A stretch of DNA of 64,000 nt, taken from contig CAVRET010000002.1 of the NCBI GenBank assembly GCA_963720265.1, positions 200,704-264,703 on the forward strand, in the 5' to 3' direction. Below are positions 10,634-21,376 of this stretch, piece by piece. The position numbers were made by a program, and so were the translations under genes. Source of the stretch: an uncultured bacterium (lineage in GTDB: Bacteria; Patescibacteriota; Saccharimonadia; UBA4664). Within the stretch, counting starts at the first letter, position 1; the number at the start of each line of letters is the position of its first letter. Under the pieces are notes generated by a model. The model was given only the letters and a program-made list of their open reading frames with translations, was not told the DNA's origin and ran no database searches.

Positions 10634-11197
10634 CTACTTGGCACGCTCCAGGTATGTACCGCTCAGCGTATTAACCTTAATCCGATCGCCTTCGTTCACG
10701 AATAGCGGCACCATCACCTCTACTCCAGTCTCAACCGTAGCCGGCTTGAGTGCCGTGGTAGCCGTATCACCGCGCACACCCGGCTCCGTATGGATCACGG
10801 CCAGATACACCGCATTCGGCATCTCCAGACCAATCACCCGGTCGCGAAAGTTAAGCAGCGTCACGGTCTGGCCATCTGCCAGCCATTTTGCTTGCTCGCC
10901 GAGCGTATCCGAGCTCACCGTCTGCTGCTCATATGTCTCACCGTTCATAAAGACCATGTCAGTACCGTCGCGATAGAGCAGCTGCATGTTTGTGCGTGCG
11001 ACTTCCGCCGGCGTTATCTTGTCCGCCGATCGAAATGATCGCTCAAGCACACCGCCATTGAGCAAGTTTTTTATACGCACTTGCACGACTGCCCCTCCGC
11101 GCCCCATGGCCTTATGGGTATATTCGGTTACACGATATGGCACACCATCGAGTTCAATCATTGTACCAATTTTTAGATCAGTGTGCCCGAGCACCAT
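10634..11197 (-). CDS. efp: Elongation factor P (the likely start is MVLGHTD...; the track ORF is longer).
   Basis: KOW domain plus two OB domains; GDxxxT motif; lies in an operon with rpsR. Confidence 0.85.
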   Translation of the reverse strand: MVLGHTDLKIGTMIELDGVPYRVTEYTHKAMGRGGAVVQVRIKNLLNGGVLERSFRSADKITPAEVARTNMQLLYRDGTDMVFMNGETYEQQTVSSDTLGEQAKWLADGQTVTLLNFRDRVIGLEMPNAVYLAVIHTEPGVRGDTATTALKPATVETGVEVMVPLFVNEGDRIKVNTLSGTYLERAK

Positions 11198-11198
11198 G

Positions 11199-11417
11199 CT
11201 AGCGCACCACAAATGGCAGCAATGCAATGTGGCGAGCGCGCTTCAGAGCCACCGCCACCCGCCGCTGATGCCGCAGGCAATTACCAGTGCGCTTACGCGA
11301 TTCGATCTTGCCGTAACTCGACAGATACCGTTGCAGCAGCTTCACATCCTTGTAGTCAACATAGTCAACCTTTTCGGCACAGAAGCGGCAGACTTTCTTG
11401 GAATAAAAATTAGCCAT
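11199..11417 (-). CDS. rpsR: 30S ribosomal protein S18.
   Basis: CRFC...DYKDV...[12 protein letters not shown]. Confidence 0.9.
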   Translation of the reverse strand: MANFYSKKVCRFCAEKVDYVDYKDVKLLQRYLSSYGKIESRKRTGNCLRHQRRVAVALKRARHIALLPFVVR

Positions 11418-11435
11418 GTTCGTTCCTTTACTTCC

Positions 11436-11888
11436 CTAGAATGGGATGTCATCGAGATTAATGTTTTGATTTGAGTCGAGATCCTGAATAACAACATCGT
11501 CAGATTTGGCAGCCGGCTTAGCCGCGCCGTGAGCATCAGTGCCCGCCCCGGCAGCGCCCGGTGCGTCCAGAAAGTTAACATCAGAAGCCACAATTTCGGT
11601 CCGCTGGCGCTTAACGCCATCCTTTTCCCAGCTCTGAGTTTGAAGCCGCCCCACCACCATTACCTTGCGTCCTTTGGCCAAATACTGTGCCGCCAGCTCG
11701 CCGAGCTTTCCCCAAGCAACGATTTCGTGATACTCAACCGCCTCCTTACGCTCACCGCTCGCATCAAGCCACGTCCGGTTGGTCGCCACAGCAAACGACG
11801 CCACCTGCTGGCCGCTGGGTGTAGACCGCAGCTCCGGGTCGCGGGTCAGATTGCCCATTATAATCGCCTGGTTAAAACTCTTGGCCAT
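11436..11888 (-). CDS. ssb: Single-stranded DNA-binding protein.
   Basis: OB fold and an acidic tail ending in DDIPF. Confidence 0.92.
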   Translation of the reverse strand: MAKSFNQAIIMGNLTRDPELRSTPSGQQVASFAVATNRTWLDASGERKEAVEYHEIVAWGKLGELAAQYLAKGRKVMVVGRLQTQSWEKDGVKRQRTEIVASDVNFLDAPGAAGAGTDAHGAAKPAAKSDDVVIQDLDSNQNINLDDIPF

Positions 11889-12298
11889 TACTCTCGTCCC
11901 TCCTCATTGCTATCAGCTGCCTCGGCCTCAGCCTTGGCACTCACCTTTTGGGTGCCCGATTTCTCGGGCACCAGCTTGTCGCCGGCGGGTTTGTCGGCCG
12001 AGCGCGGTTTGAATTCATTATGCACTACCAAAATATGACGCACCACTTCTTCGGTTATCAACAGTGAACGCTCAAGTTCATTAACGCCACTGGTCGGAAG
12101 CTGAATCTCAAAGTAAACGTAAATGGCAAAATCCTGGCGCGCAATTCGATACGCCAAGCGTTTCTTGCCCCAGTTATCGGTTCGTGTTACTTTGCCGCCA
12201 GCCGCCTGTACCAGGCCTTCAATTTTAGCGATCGGCGTCTCCACGTCGATTTCAAGATCAGGGTGCAATAGCACCATGAGTTCGTATGTTTTTTGCAT
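11888..12298 (-). CDS. rpsF: 30S ribosomal protein S6 (start at MQKTYEL).
   Basis: S6 fold signature; conserved rpsF-ssb-rpsR gene order; acidic C-terminal tail. Confidence 0.85.
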   Translation of the reverse strand: MQKTYELMVLLHPDLEIDVETPIAKIEGLVQAAGGKVTRTDNWGKKRLAYRIARQDFAIYVYFEIQLPTSGVNELERSLLITEEVVRHILVVHNEFKPRSADKPAGDKLVPEKSGTQKVSAKAEAEAADSNEEGRE

Positions 12299-12456
12299 AC
12301 TGTTCCTTTCTCTGGAAACCCAGGCATCTGCCGAGGCTGCGCCCAAACGAAGAAAGCTCGCCTAGACGCAAAAAGGTTAGTTAATAAGCGTGGTAAGTAT
12401 AGGCCAAAATACACTCCCGGTCAACACACGGCTCTGATATAGACTACAATGATGCC

Positions 12457-12987
12457 ATGCAGGTTTTAGTCAGTCACCTGATGAATCTTCCCATCGTCAG
12501 CCTTCAAACCGGCGAAACGGTTGCCTTTGCCAACGAGCCCATCATCGACATGGCTAAACTCGAGGTTGTTGCCCTACATTGCTCAATCCCCCACCAGCGA
12601 CCGACACTGGCTCTGCTCGCTCGCGACATCCGGCAGTTAACGGCCGAGTATCTGCTTATTGACAGCGAAGATGAACTGATCGACCCTGACGAGGTAGTGC
12701 GACTGACGACACTCGTCAAAGCCGGCTTTAGTCCGCTTGAGAAGCCAGTGGTCTCAGACCTTGGGCGAAGGCTGGGCCGTACTGACGACTACGCAATTAA
12801 CCTCGAGACCAATCGCATCCAAAAGCTCTATATCCGCTCGCATGGCATGAGAGCCTGGATCAAAGCAGAGCTTACTATTGACCGCGCCCAGATCGTCGAC
12901 GTCACTCCACACCACATTGTCGTGCGTGACTCAGCTCTGGCAGCATCAATTTTGCCACCTGAAGCGATTCCTGATAGTTCCACCTAG
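12457..12987 (+). CDS. Hypothetical protein, possibly with tandem PRC-barrel-like domains.
   Basis: 176 aa with two similar halves. TACAAT lies 6 nt upstream of the ATG, consistent with a leaderless transcript. Confidence 0.4.
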   Translation: MQVLVSHLMNLPIVSLQTGETVAFANEPIIDMAKLEVVALHCSIPHQRPTLALLARDIRQLTAEYLLIDSEDELIDPDEVVRLTTLVKAGFSPLEKPVVSDLGRRLGRTDDYAINLETNRIQKLYIRSHGMRAWIKAELTIDRAQIVDVTPHHIVVRDSALAASILPPEAIPDSST

Positions 12988-13105
12988 AATTGCTTGAACA
13001 ACCATGCTCATTGCGCTAAGCTTTTGGGAGATAGAGGTATCTTGTGTTAATTATTCTCCTTTGGGCCATCGCGTTCGTTCTAGCGTACCGATTGGTCACC
13101 GCCAA

Positions 13106-13735
13106 CTAGTCGTTCCCGGCGCTGTCGCTACTCGACTCCTGCGAGATACGCCTCGCAACATCATAGGAATAGCCCTGCCGCATCAGGTAATCCAGCAGTT
13201 TACGTGGATCAGTGTACTGAGGCAACTTGCGCTTCTTGGCCGCCAGCGCTGTGGCAGCTGCAACTTCAGCATCGTCATCAACCTCGGCTAATGTAGCCTC
13301 AACATCGCTACGCCCAACGCCTTTAGCCAGTAGCTCTTGTGCGAGAACCCGCCTGCTTCGCGGCCGCAAGGCTTGCCGATCAGCCACCCAAGCGGCGGCA
13401 AATTTCTGATCATCCACCATCCCAATTTGCTCAAGCCGTTCAACGGCAAATGCGGCATCTTCGTCTGTGAAAGCTTTGCGCCGCAAATAATCAACAACCT
13501 CTCGCCGACTCCGCGGTCGCACACTCAAGTAGCGAACAGCGGCGATGTAAGCCTTGGCCTGAGCTGATGCCACTTGGTACTGGGCAACCTCGGCTGCCGT
13601 GAGCTCCTGGCCAACCAGAAGCGCTGCAGAGCTCAATTGGATATCGGTGAGAGAAAACGAGTAGTGTCCATCTACGTACACACTGTAACGACCCTCTGCT
13701 CTCCGCTGTTTTTTGATGTCCGTTACGATCGACAC
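13106..13735 (-). CDS. recX: Regulatory protein RecX.
   Basis: Three-helix repeat architecture with basic patches; immediately downstream of recA. Confidence 0.8.
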   Translation of the reverse strand: MSIVTDIKKQRRAEGRYSVYVDGHYSFSLTDIQLSSAALLVGQELTAAEVAQYQVASAQAKAYIAAVRYLSVRPRSRREVVDYLRRKAFTDEDAAFAVERLEQIGMVDDQKFAAAWVADRQALRPRSRRVLAQELLAKGVGRSDVEATLAEVDDDAEVAAATALAAKKRKLPQYTDPRKLLDYLMRQGYSYDVARRISQESSSDSAGND

Positions 13736-13759
13736 TATCTTGCACCTACCCGGTCGGCC

Positions 13760-14869
13760 CTAGGCACTTTGAGCTAGCTTACGAATGCTCTTGTCCAGCT
13801 CCTCCACCAACTCCGGCCGGTCCTTAACATACTGCTTAGCTGCCTCACGCCCCTGCCCAATCTTCTCATCTTTGTACGAATACCAAGCACCGGTTTTTTG
13901 TACCAAGCCATGCTTCACCGCGAGGTCGATGAGATCCCCGGCCACCGAGATACCTTCGTTAAACATGATGTCAAACTCAGCCACCTTAAACGGCGCCGCT
14001 ACCTTATTCTTCACCACCTTAACCTTCACGTGCTTCCCGATCGATGTGTCTCCATCCTTGATCTGCTCTGAGCCGCGAATATCCATCCGTACCGATGCGT
14101 AGTACTTAAGCGCCTGCCCACCGGCCGTTGTCTCAGGGTTACCAAACATAACACCGATCTTAAGCCGCAGTTGGTTCAAAAATACCACCGTCGTCTTGCT
14201 CTTTGAGATCACGCCGGTCAGTTTGCGCAGTGCTTGAGACATCAGCCGTGCTTGCAGACCCACATGCGCATCGCCCATGTCACCCTCAATTTCCGCGCGT
14301 GGCACCAGTGCCGCTACCGAATCCACCACGATAATATCGACCGCCGACGACCGCACGAGCGTCTCGGTAATTTCAAGTGCCTGCTCACCGGTGTCAGGCT
14401 GGGAAATCAAGAGCGTCCCCAAATCAACCCCAATCCGGGCCGCGTAATCAGGATCCAGCGCGTGCTCGGCATCAACGAATGCTGCCACTCCACCACGCTT
14501 TTGCACCTCTGCCACTGCATGCAGCGCCAATGTCGTCTTGCCGCTCGATTCCGGCCCATAAATCTCAATGATCCGCCCTTGCGGTAAGCCGCCACCAAGT
14601 GCCAAATCGAGCGATAATGAGCCAGTCGGAATCGTCGCCACGTCAATCTTGTGGCCTTCGCCCAACTTCATAATCGAGCCGGCACCAAACTGCTTCTCAA
14701 TCTGCTCTACAGCCAGATCAATCGCCTTCATCCGCGCTGCTTGCTCACCAGACGTCTTCTTCTCGTCCACCGCTGGCTTGTTGGTCTTAGACCCCGTCGG
14801 TGCCTGCTTGCCGTCCACCGGCTTAGTTACCTCATCCACTGCGGACTTCTCCAATACTTCAGTGCTCAT
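13760..14869 (-). CDS. recA: Recombinase RecA with an N-terminal extension of about 40 aa.
   Basis: Walker [10 protein letters not shown], the L1/L2 loops, and the RecA core. Confidence 0.95.
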   Translation of the reverse strand: MSTEVLEKSAVDEVTKPVDGKQAPTGSKTNKPAVDEKKTSGEQAARMKAIDLAVEQIEKQFGAGSIMKLGEGHKIDVATIPTGSLSLDLALGGGLPQGRIIEIYGPESSGKTTLALHAVAEVQKRGGVAAFVDAEHALDPDYAARIGVDLGTLLISQPDTGEQALEITETLVRSSAVDIIVVDSVAALVPRAEIEGDMGDAHVGLQARLMSQALRKLTGVISKSKTTVVFLNQLRLKIGVMFGNPETTAGGQALKYYASVRMDIRGSEQIKDGDTSIGKHVKVKVVKNKVAAPFKVAEFDIMFNEGISVAGDLIDLAVKHGLVQKTGAWYSYKDEKIGQGREAAKQYVKDRPELVEELDKSIRKLAQSA

Positions 14870-14939
14870 TGTATCGTCCTTTGATCTGGTTATCTATATA
14901 CCAATCATGATAACCGAACAAATTCCGTAAATCAACTGC

Positions 14940-15443
14940 CTACCGCAAATTTTGAAAATCCAGCGGAAAATCGAGGTCCTGTGCGCGCAAAACCGTCATT
15001 ACACCCTGCAAATCGTCCTTGCTCGCACTTGATACCCGCACGCTGTCTCCCTGAATCTGCGCCTTCACCTTCGGGTACTTCTCGCGAATTACGCGTGTTA
15101 ATTGCTTGGCCTTATCCTGGTCCAGTCCGCGCTTAAACCCAATCTGCCAACGCGTCACCTTACCACTCTCAGCCGGCTCCCGGCTCGTGTCCAAAATCTT
15201 GAGCGAAAGCCCCCGTCGCACCAGCTTGCTCTGAAGCACATCAAGCACCGACTGCACCTGGTTGCGGCTGTCGCCCTCAATCGCCACGCCGTTTTTACCG
15301 TCGCCCCAATCCAAGCTCGCCGCCGTACCTTTAAAATCAAACCGAGTGCCAAGCTCACGCTGCGCCTGCTCTACCGCATTCGTCATCTCACTCATCTCGA
15401 AATCGCTCACCACATCGAATGAAAAATCCTTCGCCATCTCCAC
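14940..15443 (-). CDS. yajQ: YajQ-family (UPF0234) nucleotide-binding protein.
   Basis: Strong colinear similarity to the YajQ pattern (FDFKG...KAQIQGD.VRV...KDDLQ). Confidence 0.8.
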   Translation of the reverse strand: MEMAKDFSFDVVSDFEMSEMTNAVEQAQRELGTRFDFKGTAASLDWGDGKNGVAIEGDSRNQVQSVLDVLQSKLVRRGLSLKILDTSREPAESGKVTRWQIGFKRGLDQDKAKQLTRVIREKYPKVKAQIQGDSVRVSSASKDDLQGVMTVLRAQDLDFPLDFQNLR

Positions 15444-15455
15444 TCCTTGTCGGCT

Positions 15456-15905
15456 TTAGTCTACCACAAGCAGGTGCTTATTCCGGTCAAAGTATGCCGC
15501 AATGTTTGGAAACACGCGCCGCTTCAATTCATCAAAATCAACCCACTCAGCTACTTCATCTGCTTCTTGCGGAACCCCCGCTCCGCCAGCCGGCCGCGAC
15601 AGCCACAAATGCACCCGAATTGGCTGTCCCGTTTCACCGTGCGGATAGGTCAAATCCGGCAACGGTTTAACAACGTCCACGTCATAGCCAGTCTCCTCGC
15701 GTGCTTCGCGTATTGCAGCCTCCCGAAACGTCTCGCCCAGCTCTACGTGACCCTTTGGTAAACCCCAAGGCCTGGACGACTTCCGGTTCGTGACCAGCAA
15801 ATACTGGCCCTCTCGATTCACCATCACAAAACCACCCTTCTCAATCTCGCCGTAAGCATTGGTCACACCACGAGGATCCACATTCATCGGGCCAAAGTCA
15901 CTCAC
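15456..15905 (-). CDS. NUDIX hydrolase.
   Basis: Nudix box GLPKGHVELGETFREAAIREAREETG. Confidence 0.8.
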   Translation of the reverse strand: MSDFGPMNVDPRGVTNAYGEIEKGGFVMVNREGQYLLVTNRKSSRPWGLPKGHVELGETFREAAIREAREETGYDVDVVKPLPDLTYPHGETGQPIRVHLWLSRPAGGAGVPQEADEVAEWVDFDELKRRVFPNIAAYFDRNKHLLVVD

Positions 15906-16882
15906 GGAATCACCGTACTCACGGCAAAATCCTGGCCGCGCCGAATCTCGCCCTCGCTGCCCAGTGGCGACAGTGTCTTATTTGCGACCACGCTGTTCGT
16001 CACCGTCACACTCGTAGCCCCAGCGTTCCCAGTCGTAATATTGACATCATTCTTACCGGTAAACACCTGGCTCGTACCAGCCACAAACGTCCCACTAAAT
16101 GCCGGCTGGCCGTCGACGGTCACCACTAGCGCCGTTGTCTCACTCACCTTAATCGCCACGGCCACGCCGCTAAACGTTGCTGTTGGTACCTGCGCCGTCG
16201 TACTACTCACCGGCGGCAATTTCGCGAGCACATTCCTCACTACCGTCGTCTGCTTACCAAGCTTGCTATCCGACGTAATCCGGATTGTGTTCAAGCCGTT
16301 CTGCAACGCTACCTTCTCACTAAAATTCCCGTTCGTATCACTCAAAATCGGCGACTGATCAACGCTCACGTCCGTGCCCGGCGTCGTATGCCCGCTGACC
16401 GTGATGACCGATCCATTAATCGTCTCGTCCCCGGCCGGCGCTGTCACACTCAAATTCGGCGCCGCAGCCAGCGACGACAGTTGCCATAGCAAATACCCGA
16501 TGATCCCGGCCGCCGCCGCTCCTGCAACCAAAACCCAAGCGATCTGCCCAGTGAATACCAACCGCGGGGGCCGCTCCAGCGTCGGCCTTTTCGTTTCCCC
16601 AGCCGCCACGCCGCCCCGGTCTTTGGCATAGGCCCGAGCAATTGCCTCACCGTCCAGCCCCAAATGATTCGCGTAATGCTGCACAAATCCACGCGAATAG
16701 ATGTCATTCGGCAGACTCGAATAATCACCCGATTCCAGCGCAGTCAAAAATTTGCCCCGAATCTTGGTATCAAGCTCCACCTGCGCCAAACTCAAACGTA
16801 GCGCCTGCCGCCTGGCTTTCAGTTGCGGACCAACTTTACCCACATCTAGTTTTTCTTGCTTGGGTTGTGATTCCTCAGACAT
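15902..16882 (-). CDS. rodZ: RodZ-like cytoskeletal protein (XRE-type HTH, transmembrane helix, Ser/Thr-rich C-terminal DUF4115-like domain).
   Basis: N-terminal HTH LSLAQVELDTKIRGKFLTALESGDYSSLPNDIYSRGFV, a single transmembrane helix, and a beta-rich C-terminus. Confidence 0.6.
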   Translation of the reverse strand: MSEESQPKQEKLDVGKVGPQLKARRQALRLSLAQVELDTKIRGKFLTALESGDYSSLPNDIYSRGFVQHYANHLGLDGEAIARAYAKDRGGVAAGETKRPTLERPPRLVFTGQIAWVLVAGAAAAGIIGYLLWQLSSLAAAPNLSVTAPAGDETINGSVITVSGHTTPGTDVSVDQSPILSDTNGNFSEKVALQNGLNTIRITSDSKLGKQTTVVRNVLAKLPPVSSTTAQVPTATFSGVAVAIKVSETTALVVTVDGQPAFSGTFVAGTSQVFTGKNDVNITTGNAGATSVTVTNSVVANKTLSPLGSEGEIRRGQDFAVSTVIP

Positions 16883-16990
16883 ACCCCCATTTTACTAGTA
16901 AGGCACAGGCGCATACTACAGGCGCTCTACATTTTGCGTCCGCCTTATGGTTTAATTGTGACTCGCACCTAGATATTCGGAGAGGAATAC

Positions 16991-17461
16991 ATGCCGCAAC
17001 TAGCACGGTACGGGCCAAACGCGCTCTCCGTGGCGCGCATCATCATGGGAGTAGGCGTCTGCATCCTGATTACGCGTCACGATTGGAAACTAGCAGCCTG
17101 GATTTTTTCGATCGCTGCTGTTACCGACCTCGCCGACGGCCGGCTCGCTCGCCACCTTGGGGTTTCGAGCATTTTGGGCGGCCGGCTCGACAAACTCGGT
17201 GACTTCGCTCTCGTCGGAGGTACTGTCATCGGGTTCTGGCTAACCAAGCTCGTGTCTACGGCCACCATCATCCAAATGAGCCTAATCGTAGTCGCGACGT
17301 TCAGTCTTGCCTGGCTGCTGCAAAGACGAGAGGACGCTAGTTACAAGGACGCTGACGCCCACAATGAACCGCCCACCGGAATGGCCAGACTAATCCGCGG
17401 CGCATTCGCCGGAGTGATCGTGCTCCTAGCAATATGGATATTTATCTACGCCTACCGTTAG
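16991..17461 (+). CDS. CDP-alcohol phosphatidyltransferase (PgsA-like).
   Basis: Signature D-G-x2-A-R-x8-G-x3-D-x3-D (DLADGRLARHLGVSSILGGRLDKLGD). Confidence 0.75.
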   Translation: MPQLARYGPNALSVARIIMGVGVCILITRHDWKLAAWIFSIAAVTDLADGRLARHLGVSSILGGRLDKLGDFALVGGTVIGFWLTKLVSTATIIQMSLIVVATFSLAWLLQRREDASYKDADAHNEPPTGMARLIRGAFAGVIVLLAIWIFIYAYR

Positions 17462-17499
17462 GTGCCGACGCAAATCCTCTATCTTCGCGGGTGGAGGCA

Positions 17500-17553
17500 G
17501 GGAGCTCAAAAGCTCCCCAACCTAAAAGCTCAAATGAAATTTGAGCTTTTAGG
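17500..17553. terminator. Two adjacent hairpins between the convergent pgsA-like gene and ftsK: GGGAGCTcaaaAGCTCCC (17500-17517) and a 15-bp perfect stem CCTAAAAGCTCAAAT-gaa-ATTTGAGCTTTTAGG (17521-17553).
   Basis: The perfect inverted repeats can be read directly; there is a U-rich flank on the minus strand. Confidence 0.6.
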
Positions 17554-17592
17554 TTGGTATCAACACGGGATTACATACCCAATCAGTGTGAA

Positions 17593-19893
17593 TCAGTCAT
17601 CGTAGGGCTCGGCCGGACGCATCACTTCGTCCTCACGAGCTGGAGCCCAGGCCGTCGCGGAACCGTTCGCAGCACTCGCCGACGGAGCATCTCCGTTGCC
17701 ACCCCGCACCTGATCCAGGCTCGAGATCAAAACGTCGCGCGGTCTGGCCCCATCCGCCGGACCAATAATGCCGCGCTCCTCCAGCAAATCCAGTAACCGC
17801 GCCGCCCGCGCGTAGCCGATTCGCAGACGCCGCTGTAGCATGCTCGCACTCGCCTTGCCGGCTCGGAACACCGCTTCAGCCGCCTCATCAAACATGTCGT
17901 CATCCGGCTCGCCAAAATCACCGCCACCCCCACCGACCGTCTTACCGCCGATCGTCACCTTTTGCGCGAGTACATCCTCGTTATAACTCGGCGGCCGCTC
18001 CGCCCGCAAAAAGTCCGTCACCGACTTGGTCTCTTTCTCATCCACAAACACGCCTTGGATACGTCGCGGCTTAATCATCTCTGGGCTCACAAACAGCATG
18101 TCGCCCTTGCCGAGCAGCTTCTCCGCTCCCATCTGGTCCAAAATCGTGCGCGAGTCAATTTGGCTAGCCACACTAAACGCCAACCGCGCCGGAATGTTGG
18201 CCTTGATAATGCCCGTGATCACATCCACGCTCGGCCGCTGCGTCGCTAGCACCAAATGAATGCCGACCGCCCGCGCCATTTGCGCCAGCCGCACAATCAA
18301 GCCCTCTACCTCAGCGGCCGCCATCACCATCAGATCCGCCAACTCATCAATCACGATCACGATATATGGCATCGCATCTTCCTTGTGCGCGCCGTTGTAC
18401 TCGACGATATTGCGGTTGCCCACCTCAGCCAGCAGCTTATACCGCCGCTCCATTTCCGCCACTGCCCATTTCAGCGCCGAAATGCACTTTTCCGGCTCCA
18501 CAATCACGGGTGTCAAAAGGTGTGGAATGTCATTGTAAAGCCCAAGTTCCACCCGTTTTGGGTCTACCAAAATCAGCTTCATCTCCTCGGGCGAATTGCG
18601 GTATAGGAGACTCGTTAAGAGCGCGTTAATCATCACCGACTTACCAGACCCAGTGGCGCCCGCAATCATCATGTGCGGCATCTTGGCCAGATCCGCCGTC
18701 ATCGGCGTGCCACTCACGTCGCGTCCCAGCACAAACGACAACGGCGTCTTTTGCTCCATCACTTCTTTTGAGCTCAACACATCGCGCAGCCTCACGGTCG
18801 CAATAGCCTTATTCGGCAACTCTACGCCCACCGCCGACTTGCCCGGAATCGGCGCCTCAATGCGAATCGGGTGCGCTGCCAAACTCAATGCCAGATTTGT
18901 ATCGAGCCCGGTAATCTTCGTCAGCTTTACGCCAGCCGGCGGTGTAAACGTATACTGCGTCACCGTCGGCCCAACGTTCACCTCCCCCATCGTCACACTA
19001 ATGCCAAAGCTTTCGAGCGTCTGCTGAATCACTCGTGCATTGTGCTTCACGTCGCCGGCATCAGCCTTGGTGCTCGTAGCAGCTAGCAAATCCAGATTCG
19101 GCGGCGTCCACGCCTCCTCAGCATTAGCCGTAAGCGCGTGCGGCGCATCCGGCGGCTGGCCGGGACCGGCCGGCGCCACTGGTGCTGGTCTGCGCATGCC
19201 CAAATTGAGCGGCCCCCGAATTGGCAACGCATTCGTCACTGCCCCGGCCGGCGCCCCAGAGTTGTCATTGACCTTCAGATCAAATTCACCGGCCTCATCC
19301 TCCACCGGCTCTTCACCCGGCTTTTTCTCCTTGGTGAAGCCGGCAAACATGACTTTAAGCAGGTTGCCCAAATTCATTTGCGTACCCAGGATCAAACCAA
19401 TGCCAACCAGCGCCACCAGCACAATGCTAGCCGCCAGCCGATTAAGTACCATAAGCATTGCGCCTGATAATCCATAGCCAACAATTCCGCCGCCGTTGCC
19501 GGCCTGAGCCGTAGATTGCGTCGCTCTCGGATTCACACCTACCGCAAGTAGCGCCGCCATGCCAGCGAGCACTAGCAGAAAACCAAAGTAATTGATACCG
19601 CGTACCGCATACTTTTCCGGCTGAAACAGCATCCATGCCAGCGCGCCAAATACGATCGGCGACAGAAAGGCCGCGTATCCCACTACCAGCCGCGCACTAT
19701 GGAACAGGCCGGTTACAAACGTCCCGCCCACACTAAACGCACCGAGCAGCAACAGCAACGCAACTGCCGCCAGTACCAGAGCCGAAATTTCCCGCTGAGC
19801 ATCGGCCGGTAGCTTACGCTCCGCTCGAACCGGCTTTTTGGCCTTAGGTTCGGCTTTGCTCTTCGATTTTTTGGTGACTTTCTTCTTCGGCAT
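17593..19893 (-). CDS. ftsK: DNA translocase FtsK/SpoIIIE.
   Basis: N-terminal transmembrane segments, a Pro/Ala linker, an ATPase domain with GATGSGKS, and a C-terminal gamma winged helix. Confidence 0.92.
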   Translation of the reverse strand: MPKKKVTKKSKSKAEPKAKKPVRAERKLPADAQREISALVLAAVALLLLLGAFSVGGTFVTGLFHSARLVVGYAAFLSPIVFGALAWMLFQPEKYAVRGINYFGFLLVLAGMAALLAVGVNPRATQSTAQAGNGGGIVGYGLSGAMLMVLNRLAASIVLVALVGIGLILGTQMNLGNLLKVMFAGFTKEKKPGEEPVEDEAGEFDLKVNDNSGAPAGAVTNALPIRGPLNLGMRRPAPVAPAGPGQPPDAPHALTANAEEAWTPPNLDLLAATSTKADAGDVKHNARVIQQTLESFGISVTMGEVNVGPTVTQYTFTPPAGVKLTKITGLDTNLALSLAAHPIRIEAPIPGKSAVGVELPNKAIATVRLRDVLSSKEVMEQKTPLSFVLGRDVSGTPMTADLAKMPHMMIAGATGSGKSVMINALLTSLLYRNSPEEMKLILVDPKRVELGLYNDIPHLLTPVIVEPEKCISALKWAVAEMERRYKLLAEVGNRNIVEYNGAHKEDAMPYIVIVIDELADLMVMAAAEVEGLIVRLAQMARAVGIHLVLATQRPSVDVITGIIKANIPARLAFSVASQIDSRTILDQMGAEKLLGKGDMLFVSPEMIKPRRIQGVFVDEKETKSVTDFLRAERPPSYNEDVLAQKVTIGGKTVGGGGGDFGEPDDDMFDEAAEAVFRAGKASASMLQRRLRIGYARAARLLDLLEERGIIGPADGARPRDVLISSLDQVRGGNGDAPSASAANGSATAWAPAREDEVMRPAEPYDD

Positions 19894-19932
19894 ACACCGG
19901 CATTATATCAGACCGTAAGGGTAATACGCCGC

Positions 19933-20595
19933 TCAGTCGCCCGCCCGACGTTCCCGAATTTCCGCGTTATGCCGCATCGCAATATCCGAAAAAGCCTGAA
20001 TCCCCTCGCTCAAATTCGCCGGATCTGCGCTCAAGGCCACGAATTCGATCCGCGGCAAATAATCTTCAATCAATCCGACTGCGAACCCTTCACCGGCAAG
20101 TCGCAGCCTAGCCCGCTCATCCATGGCCGCGAGATCTCGCGCGCTCAGCTCCCGCCCCTGTATGTCAATCAATCGCAATGCCGTCTGAAGCGCCAGCGAT
20201 GCCTCGTAGCGCGCCCCGGCGCTATATTCCCAGCCCGGTGCCAACGCGACCTCCAGGCAATAGCTCCGAATCGTCTCTTCCCAAAACGCCATGTAGTCTG
20301 CTTGAGTCCACTCGGCCACATACAGTTCGCCCGGGTTAATGACCACCCGCCGCCCATCCAGCCGACGCACCATTTGGGCAAACTTGTGCGCTTCGCGCTC
20401 GTTCGGGCCGAGCACACGTTCGCGATACTCCTGAGCAAATCGCTCCCGCAGGTTATCTTTGCTCACCCCAAGTTCCTGCATGAGTTGGAGATCACGGTAA
20501 CCAGTACTAATCGGCGCGCTCAAATATGTCACGCCGGTTTGTGCTCCCACGACCTGCATTAATTTCAGCCCAAATTCGGTTCCGGATGTAATCAT
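19933..20595 (-). CDS. Hypothetical protein.
   Basis: 220 aa with coding-like codon usage and no recognisable motif. Confidence 0.45.
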   Translation of the reverse strand: MITSGTEFGLKLMQVVGAQTGVTYLSAPISTGYRDLQLMQELGVSKDNLRERFAQEYRERVLGPNEREAHKFAQMVRRLDGRRVVINPGELYVAEWTQADYMAFWEETIRSYCLEVALAPGWEYSAGARYEASLALQTALRLIDIQGRELSARDLAAMDERARLRLAGEGFAVGLIEDYLPRIEFVALSADPANLSEGIQAFSDIAMRHNAEIRERRAGD

Positions 20596-20650
20596 AGCTG
20601 CCTTAGCCTAACAGAATCGCAATTAGTACCTGATTTCGCAAGCACGAGCA

Positions 20651-21253
20651 CTACCGAATGAGCGAAAGAAGCTGAGCACGAAACTGCACTGCTCCTCCGT
20701 GCGACGGGTGCCGCACTTTATCGGCTGGCACACCCACGACCGACAAGCTGGTTGCTGCAACGTTACCCATCGCCACTACCCGCGCCGGCTCCACTGTCTC
20801 AAGTAGTCCGCCCAAAATCTCCCCGCCAATTGCCACTTCGTCGTGCTTTGGTGCACGGTTTGAAAGTTCATGTCCAAATTGATACGGGTGCAAAGGAAAT
20901 ATCGCCCACGCCAAAACCGGCACACTGAGGTCGTCAAACGTCCTCTGCACGACCGTCGCGGTCGGTTCTCGCCAAATCCGGTCGTCGCGAAAAACTCGCT
21001 CAAATCCGTTAGCCGGCCCACCAAATAATCCCCACCGGTTCATTGGCCCGAGCATAATCGCCTCGCTACCAAATGGCACGCCCGTACGGTATGAGCCCTG
21101 GTATCCGGGCGCCTCCCCAACCAGCAACACCTCCGGATCATGAGCGAGCATCAGCTCAAAGTAGCGTCGCAGATTCGCCAGCCGAATCCGCCCCTCCGGC
21201 GTCCGGTGTGTATACAAATTGTGTACATTTGGCAGGTCTGGCAAAGCGCTCAA
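20651..21253 (-). CDS. Uracil-DNA glycosylase superfamily protein (GEAPG motif A, no Fe-S cysteines).
   Basis: LLVGEAPGYQGSYRTGVPF plus an HP motif B; there are no Cys residues. Confidence 0.55.
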   Translation of the reverse strand: MSALPDLPNVHNLYTHRTPEGRIRLANLRRYFELMLAHDPEVLLVGEAPGYQGSYRTGVPFGSEAIMLGPMNRWGLFGGPANGFERVFRDDRIWREPTATVVQRTFDDLSVPVLAWAIFPLHPYQFGHELSNRAPKHDEVAIGGEILGGLLETVEPARVVAMGNVAATSLSVVGVPADKVRHPSHGGAVQFRAQLLSLIR

Positions 21254-21376
21254 TTTTGTGAGCCAGCTAGCCAGTTGTTGGGCAATTGCAGGAATCTCGG
21301 CATCCCCTTCTTAAGCCAAAGCATTAGCGTATTGAACAGTAAAAGTACTCATGCTCAAATTAACTCGGCACAGTCC

